In this document: positions 38,319 to 47,422 of the stretch, in pieces
How positions within the stretch are numbered: the stretch's first letter is position 1
How the letters are laid out: each line of letters starts with the position of its first letter
Made by a program: the position numbers and the translations under genes
Notes under the pieces: generated by a model
The model's input: the letters and a program-made list of their open reading frames with translations, nothing else
What the model was told of the DNA's origin: nothing
Database searches by the model: none
From: a bacterium
GTDB lineage: Bacteria; Hydrothermota; 32-111
DNA length: 47,422 nt
Direction: 5' to 3'
Assembly: GCA_046484245.1 (NCBI GenBank)
Contig: JAWOBN010000070.1
Location: forward strand, 1-47,422

Positions 38319-39077
38319 CTACAATCTGGCTGTATAGCCGCCGTCAATGGGCAGTGTGGCTCCCGTGATATATGATGCATGGTCACTGCAGAGCCACAGC
38401 ACGCCCTCTGCTATGACATCCGGTTCTCCTATGTATTTTATGGGGAGCATCTGTTTCATTCTCTCCCTCTTCTCTTCACTGTCCAAGCCCCTGTCACTCA
38501 TCGGTGTTCTTATTTCCCCCGGTGCAATGGCATTGATTCTTATGCCTTTAGAGGCGTATTCCAGTGCAGTGCATTTTGTTATGGATTCCACTCCATGCTT
38601 TGATACAACATAGGGCAGTCCGCGCGGAAAATTCATCAGTCCGGAAACAGATGAGGTGTTGACAATAACCCCGTTTCCATTCTTCAGCATAATGTCAATC
38701 TCATATTTCATTGCGAGGAATACTCCATGCATATTGATGTCAATCACTTCCCTGAACTGTTCAAATGTCAGTTCATTGAGGGGCTTGAAAACACCCTCAA
38801 TCCCCGCATTATTGAATGCAAAATCAATTGTACCGAAAACCTCTACTGTCTGGTTGACTGCATTCTTCATCTCTTCTTCAATAGATACATCTGCTCTGAT
38901 GAATTCAATATTACTGCTTATCTCCTTCAAACTCTCCATTGCCCGTACACCCGTTTCTCTGTTTCTTGAAACAAAGACAACATTCCCTCCTGCTTTGAGG
39001 AAATACTCCGCTGTTTTGTATCCTATGCCTGTGCTTCCGCCTGTAATGAACATTGTCCTGTCTTTGTAATTATACAT
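38319..39077 (-). CDS. Short-chain dehydrogenase/reductase (glucose-1-dehydrogenase-like)
   Basis: TGGSTGIG, NNAGIEG, YVVSKH, IRINAIAPG, DGGYTA; start at ATG 39077 after AAGGAGG. Confidence 0.93.
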   Translation of the reverse strand: MYNYKDRTMFITGGSTGIGYKTAEYFLKAGGNVVFVSRNRETGVRAMESLKEISSNIEFIRADVSIEEEMKNAVNQTVEVFGTIDFAFNNAGIEGVFKPLNELTFEQFREVIDINMHGVFLAMKYEIDIMLKNGNGVIVNTSSVSGLMNFPRGLPYVVSKHGVESITKCTALEYASKGIRINAIAPGEIRTPMSDRGLDSEEKRERMKQMLPIKYIGEPDVIAEGVLWLCSDHASYITGATLPIDGGYTARL

Positions 39078-39214
39078 CACGCCTCCTTTTTCATTATATA
39101 CAAGCAATACTTATGCCTCATGTAAATGATATTATTCTTTTACTTGTGAATTTCAGGGGTGAGACAGATAATTACCGGTAAATACTATTATCACATAATG
39201 GTGCTTGGTGTGTA

Positions 39215-41269
39215 TTATTCAATATACTGATACTTATACAGTTCAGCATACTTATCATTCTGCTCAAGGAGTTCCTGATGTGTGCCGCTTTCTACAATTC
39301 TGCCTTTGTGCAGCACATAAATCCTGTCTGCATCCTGGATTGTAGAGAGACGGTGGGCAATTGCTATTGAGGTCCTGTCATGCATTATCCTGGATATTGC
39401 ATCCTGGATAAGGGACTCGGTTTCACTGTCAATACTGGATGTTGCCTCATCCAGTATCAGTATCTGAGGCTCTGTTGCAAGAGCCCTGGCAAATGCAATG
39501 AGCTGTCTCTGGCCTGTGGAGAGATTCTTGCCGCTTTCAGCTACAGTGTCCCTGTACTGTTTCTCCAGTTTACTGATAAATGTATGGGCATTGACATATT
39601 TGGAATACTGGACAATCTTTTCATCCTCAACATCCTTATTGAGGGCAATATTATACTTGATGTCGCCGGAGAACATAATCACATCTTGAAGAACCAATCC
39701 GAAATAAGACCTGAGGTCATCAATATCCATGTCTCTTATATCCACATCATCAATGAGAATCTGCCCCTCATCAATATCATAGAACCGCATAAGCAGATTG
39801 ATAATTGTTGTCTTGCCCGCACCTGTAGAACCGACAAATGCCACTGATTCATTGGGTTCAATTGTAAAGGACACATCCTTCAGTACAGGCTCATCTTCTT
39901 TATAGGAGAATGTGACATCCCTGAATTCAACTTTACCTTTCTGCTGCTGGGGTGTTTTACTGTCTTCAGGTGATTTGATGTAATCATCCTCTTCAAGTAT
40001 TGTCATTATTCTTTCTGATGATGCCATTGCTGACTGGAAAATATTGAATTTCTCCGAGAAATCAAATATCGGCCTGAAGAGCTTTCTTATATAGGATATA
40101 AATGCAATAAGGACACCGACTGTAACAACACCCTCAATTACTGCATTGCCCCCGAAATATATCAGTGTGCCCAGTGTAATAAACATCAGTACATCAATAA
40201 GGGGTCTGAATATTGAGAATATGAGGAGCTGAAACATATTGGCATTATAGTAATTCTGGCTGGTCTTTCTGAAATCTGTGTCTGATTTTTTCTGCATATT
40301 GAATGCCTGGATGAGGGATATTCCTGATATGGATTCAGAGAGGAAACTGTTCAGTCTTGCCAGTGACACTCTCACTTTTCTGTATGCCTTTCTTGCATAC
40401 TTCTGAAAGAGAAACAGTATAACAATAAGTACAGGAAGCAGAACGAGCATAACGGATGCAAGGGGAACAGATAATTTGAACATGATAATGAATATTCCCA
40501 GAACAATGAGCACATCCTTTGCCGAATATATGAGCACATCTGTAAGTAATTGCCTCAGTGCATCAATATCATTTGTTGTTCTTGTGACAAGTCTGCCGAT
40601 TGGGTTTTTCCTGTAGAAATTCATGGATAACCGCAATATATGCCTGACTACATCCGAACGTATATCATACATTATATTCTCACTGACAATTGCCATTATA
40701 ACGACCTGCAGATAGGTCAGTACAAAAGAGATGAGCAAAAGCCCCAGATAAATAAGGGCATACTTCTTTACATTATAGAGATCATCGGATCTTATCTCCG
40801 CCATATTCTCCTGGGATATATTCTTCAGCTGAGAATAGTCTGCAAGGAGTCCTTTAGAGGTTTCAATATAGTCTATCCCATTGTTATCAAGGATTGTCCT
40901 GTCCTCTGTATTAAAGCGGAATAATTTCAGTTCTGTCTTCAGTCCCGCCTTTCTCAGATTGGCATTCTGCCCCCTTGTAATGATCTCCGAGGGAATATAG
41001 ATAAGGGAATCGGTTGTAATACTGTATGCTTTATGGCTTGATGCGATCTCTTCTGAAACACCACCCCTTTTAACTGCAATATAGCTCTTCTCAATATAAT
41101 TATCTATGACTGTCTTGGTGATTACCGGCAGATATATCTCAATGCTGCTTATTGTCAAAAGCAGCAGAAATGTCAGTATTATTTTACCGAGATACGGGCG
41201 TGCATATCTAAGCAGTCTCTTTAATATAGTTTTATCTGCGCCTGTATATAATTTTTCCTGTTCTATCAT
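39215..41269 (-). CDS. ABC exporter ATP-binding/permease (MdlB/YheH-like)
   Basis: GRLVTRTTND, GSTGAGKT, LSTGQRQ, LDEATSSID. Confidence 0.93.
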   Translation of the reverse strand: MIEQEKLYTGADKTILKRLLRYARPYLGKIILTFLLLLTISSIEIYLPVITKTVIDNYIEKSYIAVKRGGVSEEIASSHKAYSITTDSLIYIPSEIITRGQNANLRKAGLKTELKLFRFNTEDRTILDNNGIDYIETSKGLLADYSQLKNISQENMAEIRSDDLYNVKKYALIYLGLLLISFVLTYLQVVIMAIVSENIMYDIRSDVVRHILRLSMNFYRKNPIGRLVTRTTNDIDALRQLLTDVLIYSAKDVLIVLGIFIIMFKLSVPLASVMLVLLPVLIVILFLFQKYARKAYRKVRVSLARLNSFLSESISGISLIQAFNMQKKSDTDFRKTSQNYYNANMFQLLIFSIFRPLIDVLMFITLGTLIYFGGNAVIEGVVTVGVLIAFISYIRKLFRPIFDFSEKFNIFQSAMASSERIMTILEEDDYIKSPEDSKTPQQQKGKVEFRDVTFSYKEDEPVLKDVSFTIEPNESVAFVGSTGAGKTTIINLLMRFYDIDEGQILIDDVDIRDMDIDDLRSYFGLVLQDVIMFSGDIKYNIALNKDVEDEKIVQYSKYVNAHTFISKLEKQYRDTVAESGKNLSTGQRQLIAFARALATEPQILILDEATSSIDSETESLIQDAISRIMHDRTSIAIAHRLSTIQDADRIYVLHKGRIVESGTHQELLEQNDKYAELYKYQYIE

Positions 41270-42984
41270 TCTTCCAACTTTTGTATTTCGTATATATGCT
41301 GATATGTTTCAGATATCTTGAGCAATTCTTCATGAGTGCCCTTATTTTCAATCTTATTGTCATCTATTACATATATCATGTCTGCATTCAAAAATGATGA
41401 TATCCTGTGGGATATCACAATGGTTGTTATTCCTTCAGTATACTCCTTGAGATTGCTGATAATTTCTTTCTCTGTATTGGTATCAACAGCACTGAGCGCG
41501 TCATCCAGTATCAGTACAGGGGGTTTGCGGATTATTGCCCTGGCAATACATATCCTCTGTTTCTGACCGCCTGAAAGTGTCACCCCCTTCTCTCCGACAA
41601 TTGTGCCGTATTGATCCCTCAATTCCATTATATTGCCGTGCACTGAAGCAATGCTGCACACTTTCTCAATCTCTTCTCTGTCAGCATCCGGTTTACCGAA
41701 TCTTATATTCTCCTCTATTGTTTCCGAAAAGAGGAATGAATCCTGGGGAACATACCCTATGGAGTCCCTTATGCCTGATATCTTTATATTGCTGTAATGA
41801 CTGCCGTCATAATATATATCACCACTGTCAGGATGTACTATTCTAAGTATCAATTTTGCAATTGTTGTTTTCCCTGAACCTATTTTCCCGCATATGCCTA
41901 TATAATTTCCCTTGTTTATCTTTATATTGATATTTTCAAGCACAGGATTATTTTTATAGCTGAATGAAATATCTTTCAACTCAATATCACCCTCTATCTT
42001 TGTGTAAACAGCATCCTCACTCTCAACAATATCCGGTCTCTCATCAAGGAAGTCCTTTATCCTGGAGTAGGAGGCTGCACCTCTCTGAAAAACATTTGTC
42101 ACAAAACCGACAGCCATCATGGGCCAGACAATTATCCCTATATAGGAGATGAATGCCACCAGTTCACCGGGTGTCAATTGCCCGAGTATTACCTGCTGGC
42201 CTCCAATAAACAGTATTATTGCTATACCTGCCTGGGAAAGAAGGAAAATAAGGGGATGCATTGTACCCCAAATTTTTATGAGGGATATATTCATATCAAC
42301 ATATTCACGGTTCAGTTTATTGAAATTCTTTGATTCATCCTCTTCCTGCTGAAATGCCTGGATGATTTTCACTCCGGAATACATCTCCTGGGCTTTGTCA
42401 CTCATTGCAGAGAAGCCCTCTTGAACCTTACGGAATTTTCTGAACAGAACACGCATGAAAACAAGGGCAATAACAGATATGAGGGGAAGCGGTATTATGG
42501 CATACAGTGTCAGTCTGACATTTATTGTGAACATGAATATAAGTGTTGCTATAAAGAGGAAGGTTGCGTCAAAACCCGCTATCACACCGAATGCAGTTGC
42601 CATTCTGACAGCCCTCATATCATTTGTCATATGCGCCATTATGTCGCCTGTTTTTGTATCATTGAAAAACTTGGATGTAAGTGACAGTAAATGGTCAAAT
42701 AATCTGTTCTTGAAATCCATTTCAATAAAATGGGACATGCCTATTATTGTCATGCGCCATGCAAAACGGAAAATGCCTATTCCAATAGCAAGGCCGAATA
42801 TGGATAAAGATACTACAAGAAGAACAGAAGAGGAATCACCGGGAGTAATAACAGAATCAATTGCCCTCTGGACAAGCCGGGGAGAGATAAGCTGAGCCAG
42901 ATCAACAAGTACAAGGGATAAAAACCCTATGAGTATCTTGAAGGGGCTCTTCTTGTAATAATTTATTATAAATTTAATCAACAT
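41266..42984 (-). CDS. ABC exporter ATP-binding/permease (MdlA/YheI-like, degenerate Walker B)
   Basis: TGDIMAHMTND, GKIGSGKT, LSGGQKQR, ILDDALSAVD. Confidence 0.93.
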   Translation of the reverse strand: MLIKFIINYYKKSPFKILIGFLSLVLVDLAQLISPRLVQRAIDSVITPGDSSSVLLVVSLSIFGLAIGIGIFRFAWRMTIIGMSHFIEMDFKNRLFDHLLSLTSKFFNDTKTGDIMAHMTNDMRAVRMATAFGVIAGFDATFLFIATLIFMFTINVRLTLYAIIPLPLISVIALVFMRVLFRKFRKVQEGFSAMSDKAQEMYSGVKIIQAFQQEEDESKNFNKLNREYVDMNISLIKIWGTMHPLIFLLSQAGIAIILFIGGQQVILGQLTPGELVAFISYIGIIVWPMMAVGFVTNVFQRGAASYSRIKDFLDERPDIVESEDAVYTKIEGDIELKDISFSYKNNPVLENINIKINKGNYIGICGKIGSGKTTIAKLILRIVHPDSGDIYYDGSHYSNIKISGIRDSIGYVPQDSFLFSETIEENIRFGKPDADREEIEKVCSIASVHGNIMELRDQYGTIVGEKGVTLSGGQKQRICIARAIIRKPPVLILDDALSAVDTNTEKEIISNLKEYTEGITTIVISHRISSFLNADMIYVIDDNKIENKGTHEELLKISETYQHIYEIQKLEE

Positions 42985-43026
42985 AGTTTTTTATATTATC
43001 ACAGGAAAGTATTCCGGTCAATAAAT

Positions 43027-43267
43027 TCGTTATTCCTCAAAAATAAAGTACTTGAAAGACATATGTTTCCTCATAAAAGATATGAGGCGAGGACAGTTCT
43101 CAGAAAGCACCTTTGCCAACCCGTGCATAACCGATAATTCGGTGCTGATGAGAATGTGTGAGCCTCACCGTCATTACATCAATCACTATGCTCAATGATT
43201 TTTTATTAAGAAATCAAACATTACATAATAATTATATTCAGTGACTTCTTTCTTATGAGGAAAGACG
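43027..43267. repeat. ~240-bp structured dispersed repeat, copy 2
   Basis: Direct-orientation copy of 37781-38020. Confidence 0.9.
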
Positions 43268-43272
43268 TAAAT

Positions 43273-45165
43273 TCAATCGATTTGGAGAATATCCTCAATA
43301 TACTTAATGAGTTTTCTGCCGGAAAACGGTTTGGGAATGAAATTTACTGTCTTGCGGTCAATATCTTTCTCGGATAATATCTCCTTTGAATATCCCGACA
43401 TATACAGTATCTTAACACCGGGTATGATCTTCTTGATCTCCTCGCACATCTGTTTGCCATGCATCTCAGGCATCACAATATCCGACAGTATCAGGTCAAT
43501 CTTATCTCTGTGCTTGCGTGCAATCTTTATACCATGTACGGGATTGGAGGATGAGTAAACCGTATAACCCTTTTTCTTGAGCATTTTTCTTGCAATTGAC
43601 AGTATCTGTTCATTATCCTCAACAATGAGAATGGTCTTTCCATTGTCTTGATTTGATGAGGTCTCTTCAATTTTCTTTGTCTCTTTGCCTTTTACAGGAA
43701 AATATATCTTGAATACTGATCCTTCTTCCGGTTCAGAATATACATTGATGCTTGCATTGTGCTGCTTTACAATTCCGTAAACAGTGGAGAGCCCCAGTCC
43801 CGTCCCCTTGCCCTGCTCCTTTGTTGTAAAGAATGGTTCAAAAATATGCGTCTGTACTTCCTTTGTCATGCCCCTGCCATTATCACTCACAGTAAGCAGG
43901 ACATATTCCCCCTGCTTCAGCTCTGTGTATATTGAAGCATACTCTATATCCAGGTCAACCATTGATGTTTCAATGGATATCTTGCCATTGCTTTCAATGG
44001 CATCCTGTGCATTAATTACCAGATTCATCAGTATCTGTTCAATCTGAACAGGATCAGCCTCAATCATCTTAATATCATCCGACAGATGAAGAACCAGCTC
44101 AATGTCATTGCTGATTGTTGATTCCAGGAGTTTCATCAAATCCTCAATAACACTGTTCAAATCAACACTCTTCATCTCCATAACCTGCTTCTTGCCGAAT
44201 GCAAGGAGTTTCTTGATAATGCTTTTCGCTCTCTTTGATGACTGGACAATACTCTTTGCCTGCTTGTGAATTACACTGTCCTTCTCTGAATTATACTCAA
44301 TAAATTCTGCATTCATTGTAATGGGTGTGAGCAGATTATTGAAATCATGGGCAATCCCGCCGACAAGATGTCCTATGGATTCCATCTTCTGGGACTGCAG
44401 GAGCTGCTTTTCAAGATTCTTCTTCTCCGTAATATCTACCACTGATATCAGTACAGCTGTTTTGCCATTGTATGTTATCCTGTCAGCCCAGAAATCAATC
44501 CATTTTACTTTACCTGACTTTGAGACTATTCTGAATTGATAATGTTTGAGAGGATCCTCGCCCCTGAGCCGTGCAGCTGCTCTCTTCTTGATAAGCTCCT
44601 TGTAGTCAGGATGGACAACATCCTCAATATTCATATCAAGGAGCTCATCCTCACTGTATCCGGTAATATTGCATGCAGCAGGATTGACATATATCCATCC
44701 GTCTTCATTGTATATCATACTGGCAACTGAGGATGATTCCGTAAGAGTCCTGAATTTCTTCTCGCTCTCTATCAATGCTTTCTCATTCTCCACCTCATGG
44801 GTGACATCATACATTATAATCAGGCAATTCTCATCATCCAGGCCAATGAAATTGAACAGCATATTGATTGTGCTGCCATCCTTAGTATTCACATCCCTGA
44901 TAACAGTGGGGATTGTCTCTCCTTCCCTCAGTGTTCCGGATACTGATTCCCATCTCCTGGTAATTGTGTCCCTGTATCCTTTATCCGGATATGCCAGATT
45001 GAACCACTGATCTGTTGATTTGATATCCTTGAGGGAATAACCGGTCATTTTTTCAAATGCAGGATTGACATACTGGATTTTCCCATTCCCGTATCTTATA
45101 ACCATTATACCCATCGGGATTACATCAAGTATGGTCTTCAGTTCAACTGTGTCTGTAAGCTTCAA
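43273..45165 (-). CDS. PAS-PAS hybrid sensor histidine kinase with receiver domain
   Basis: Two PAS domains; QKMESIG..GGIAHDFNNLL; NLVINAQDA; FEPFFTTK; GTGLGLS; REC ILIVED...DIVMP; TTG start. Confidence 0.93.
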   Translation of the reverse strand: MKLTDTVELKTILDVIPMGIMVIRYGNGKIQYVNPAFEKMTGYSLKDIKSTDQWFNLAYPDKGYRDTITRRWESVSGTLREGETIPTVIRDVNTKDGSTINMLFNFIGLDDENCLIIMYDVTHEVENEKALIESEKKFRTLTESSSVASMIYNEDGWIYVNPAACNITGYSEDELLDMNIEDVVHPDYKELIKKRAAARLRGEDPLKHYQFRIVSKSGKVKWIDFWADRITYNGKTAVLISVVDITEKKNLEKQLLQSQKMESIGHLVGGIAHDFNNLLTPITMNAEFIEYNSEKDSVIHKQAKSIVQSSKRAKSIIKKLLAFGKKQVMEMKSVDLNSVIEDLMKLLESTISNDIELVLHLSDDIKMIEADPVQIEQILMNLVINAQDAIESNGKISIETSMVDLDIEYASIYTELKQGEYVLLTVSDNGRGMTKEVQTHIFEPFFTTKEQGKGTGLGLSTVYGIVKQHNASINVYSEPEEGSVFKIYFPVKGKETKKIEETSSNQDNGKTILIVEDNEQILSIARKMLKKKGYTVYSSSNPVHGIKIARKHRDKIDLILSDIVMPEMHGKQMCEEIKKIIPGVKILYMSGYSKEILSEKDIDRKTVNFIPKPFSGRKLIKYIEDILQID

Positions 45166-45175
45166 ATATAACCTC

Positions 45176-45931
45176 TCACTGCAGCTTGTCTTTCAAAGAA
45201 AGAGCGTTTTTCAGTGCAAAACCGCCGTGACAATTATTGAAAAATATATATACATCATCAAAATCCTCAGAACTGTTCTTTATTTCCTTACTGAAGATAT
45301 TGAGTTCTCCGTCACTGTAATTATAATTATACCTGTCATCCGCGTCATACCAGTTCTTATTCCTGCCGTGGAATCTGAAATATCCCAGGGGTCCGGTCTT
45401 TGCAATAACCCTGTTGTGCAGATTCTTTTTATCAGGCAAATCAACTGTTACATAATTGAGATTGTGCTCTCTTAATGTATCATAAACCTCCGTCTTGTTC
45501 CAGTCACTGCCCCTGAATTCTATGAATGTCGGGATATTCTTAAGGGGTTCTGTCCTTTCCAGAAGAGAATCCGTATTCTCGCTGTTCTTATGGAAGGACT
45601 CGGGGAATTGAAGCAGGATTCCTCCGAAATTATTATTGACATTGCCTTCCCTGTAATTATCGGCAAATGTCTTTACTGTATCTATATCATTGTATGTATG
45701 CGTAATGCCTTTATATGCCTTTATGATATACCGGAAATCATCCGGTGCCTTCTTTGAAAAGTTTTTAAGCATCGTGGCTGAGGGAAGGCGGTAATAGGAG
45801 AAATTGAGCTCAACTGCATTGAGAGCCTTCTCTGTGTAAGCCTCAAACATCTTCTTCTGATTGGTTGAATCAGGATATACAGTCCCTATCCAGTCCTTGT
45901 AATAATAACCGCTTGTTCCAATATATATCAT
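45176..45931 (-). CDS. DUF72 family protein
   Basis: IYIGTSGYYYKDW, VELNFSYY, LLQFP, YFRFHGRN, YIFFNN. Confidence 0.92.
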   Translation of the reverse strand: MIYIGTSGYYYKDWIGTVYPDSTNQKKMFEAYTEKALNAVELNFSYYRLPSATMLKNFSKKAPDDFRYIIKAYKGITHTYNDIDTVKTFADNYREGNVNNNFGGILLQFPESFHKNSENTDSLLERTEPLKNIPTFIEFRGSDWNKTEVYDTLREHNLNYVTVDLPDKKNLHNRVIAKTGPLGYFRFHGRNKNWYDADDRYNYNYSDGELNIFSKEIKNSSEDFDDVYIFFNNCHGGFALKNALSLKDKLQ

Positions 45932-46968
45932 AATTCCCTGAGAGTGTACTCATTACTGCCCAAACCCGTCTTCTCCCCGTGTTCCAGCTGTACAAGACAA
46001 TTGACTGATTCATGTATTTCTTCAAACACCTTCCTGCCCGCCTTCTCATTGACCAGGTCATAAGAAGCCCTGTCAATTGCAACAGGGTCTCCCGAAACAA
46101 GCACACCTACATCAGGTGCTACCGGTTTGTCACTGTACGGGAAACAATCGCATGAAGGAGTAATATCCTGCACAAAATTGATGTATATGCACTTTTTACC
46201 CTTCACTGCTCCATAGGCATACTCTGCCAGGCGTTTCTGCATATCATCAGATGCAATATCCCAGTTGATCTTTATTGCACCCTGCGGACAGGTTTCTATA
46301 CAGAGTCCGCATCCTGTGCATCTGTCCGGGTTGATGTGTGATTTGTCATTTTTTTTCTCTATTGCATCATAATTGCACCACTGGCTGCATATCATGCATC
46401 CAATGCATTTGTCTTCATTTACATTGGGATGAATATTGGAGTGCATTGAGAGTTTGCCTTTCTTGGATGCGCCGCCCATGCCTATATTCTTTATTGCACC
46501 CCCGAATCCGGAGAGGTCATGGCCCTTGAAGTGTGAAACAATAACAAGGCCGTCAGAATAATAAATATCCGAACCAATATACGCTGTCTTGGACATCTCT
46601 CCATTTATCTCAATCTCCTCATAACTCTCGCCCCTGAGACCATCAGCAATTATTATGGGATAATTGCCAAAGCCATTGAACAGTGCATTTTTTATATGGC
46701 TGACACTATTGGAGCGCTCCCCCCTGTACAGTGTATTGGTGTCTGTAAGAAACGGCCTGCCGCCCTCTTCTTCAATATGCTGACAGATGAAATTGAGATA
46801 TGCCGGTTTGATGAATGCCAGATTGCCGTGTTCACCGAAATGGACCTTGACTGCAACCAGATTGTTCTTGCCTGCCACTGCCTTGAGATTGCACTTGTCC
46901 ATTCCTGTAAAGATTTTTTTAAGCAGGTCTTTTCTGCTGCTTATTGGAATATAGAATACATCCGACAT
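45928..46968 (-). CDS. DUF362 domain protein with 4Fe-4S ferredoxin domain
   Basis: KVHFGE, TDTNTLY, HFKGH..GFGGAIKN.GMG, CIGC..C, CTGCGLC, DPVAID; start placed at MSDVF. Confidence 0.92.
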   Translation of the reverse strand: MSDVFYIPISSRKDLLKKIFTGMDKCNLKAVAGKNNLVAVKVHFGEHGNLAFIKPAYLNFICQHIEEEGGRPFLTDTNTLYRGERSNSVSHIKNALFNGFGNYPIIIADGLRGESYEEIEINGEMSKTAYIGSDIYYSDGLVIVSHFKGHDLSGFGGAIKNIGMGGASKKGKLSMHSNIHPNVNEDKCIGCMICSQWCNYDAIEKKNDKSHINPDRCTGCGLCIETCPQGAIKINWDIASDDMQKRLAEYAYGAVKGKKCIYINFVQDITPSCDCFPYSDKPVAPDVGVLVSGDPVAIDRASYDLVNEKAGRKVFEEIHESVNCLVQLEHGEKTGLGSNEYTLREL

Positions 46969-46975
46969 AGTAAAC

Positions 46976-47003
46976 ATTATACCTATACTGCAAATTTAGT
47001 CAA
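46976..47003 (-). promoter_or_regulatory. Sigma70-type promoter giving a probable leaderless mRNA
   Basis: TTGACT-16 nt-TATAAT, 7 nt, then ATG at 46968. Confidence 0.65.
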
Positions 47004-47138
47004 TAATTTAAATTTGTATTCACCTGCATCAGTAAAAAATAATTATTTGTCTGATTTATTGGTAATTTTCAGTTTCATCTACATCCTGCGACAATTATTT
47101 GTAGCCCCATTGCATCTCTGTTTCTTATCAAGCCAATT

Positions 47139-47299
47139 TCCAAATCCCAGGTCCGGTAGTTGCATAGGTTGCAGAAAATACAATATACGTAACTTATAAA
47201 TTAAGAAATAAAAAAACTTATGATTTGTTTGATTGTAAATTCCATAAATTGAGCGTATTAGTTGTGCAACCTATGCAACTACCGGACCTGGGATTTGGA
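47139..47299. mobile_element. 161-bp MITE-like inverted-repeat element, copy 2 (core inverted relative to copy 1)
   Basis: Same perfect 35-bp arms at 47139-47173 / 47265-47299. Confidence 0.8.
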
Positions 47300-47422
47300 A
47301 AAATCTGATTATACAATTATTATTTGAATCTACATGGATTTTAAGGTTTCTTGCCCATAATCTATTTGGAGCTGAATTATGCGTCTTTTGAGAAGTTGTT
47401 TTATGATATCTTATAACCAGCT

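Noticed and set aside
46696-47199. 167-aa plus-strand ORF
   Set aside because: It is antisense to the DUF362 gene and runs into the repeat element; no recognisable domain.
19709-47299. CRISPR array from the 35-bp repeats
   Set aside because: The repeats are inverted pairs, the 91-bp cores are homologous to each other, and there are no cas genes.

Overview
Bacterial chromosomal window, mostly moderate GC, densely coding. Gingipain-like C25 proteases and other secreted proteins with T9SS/FlgD-like C-terminal tails, together with a TolC, suggest a diderm anaerobe such as candidate division WOR-3 or a similar FCB-related lineage (inference). Contents: two class II tRNA nucleotidyltransferases with the signatures of a split A-adding/CC-adding pair; a TetR-TolC-MFP-RND efflux operon; a zinc-ribbon protein with tandem repeats; fetAB-like genes divergent from a Fur-box-controlled fur/NifX/MinD-ferredoxin ATPase/DUF59/DUF5320 cluster; UDP-glucuronate decarboxylase; nitroreductase; smc-ftsY; a heterodimeric ABC exporter; and a PAS hybrid kinase. 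The most unusual non-coding features are three repeats and one short gene. (1) A 161-bp element occurs twice in opposite orientation, with four identical 35-bp inverted arms around diverged 91-bp cores. (2) A ~240-bp structured repeat occurs twice in direct orientation around a ~5-kb block. (3) An integrase-free AT-rich two-gene island (NlpC/P60-like protein plus partner) is flanked by a ~205-bp diverged duplication of the nitroreductase 3' end. (4) An unannotated 40-aa gene looks like a signal peptide followed by a 13-residue two-cysteine peptide. No rRNA, tRNA, CRISPR array, transposase or integrase was recognised.
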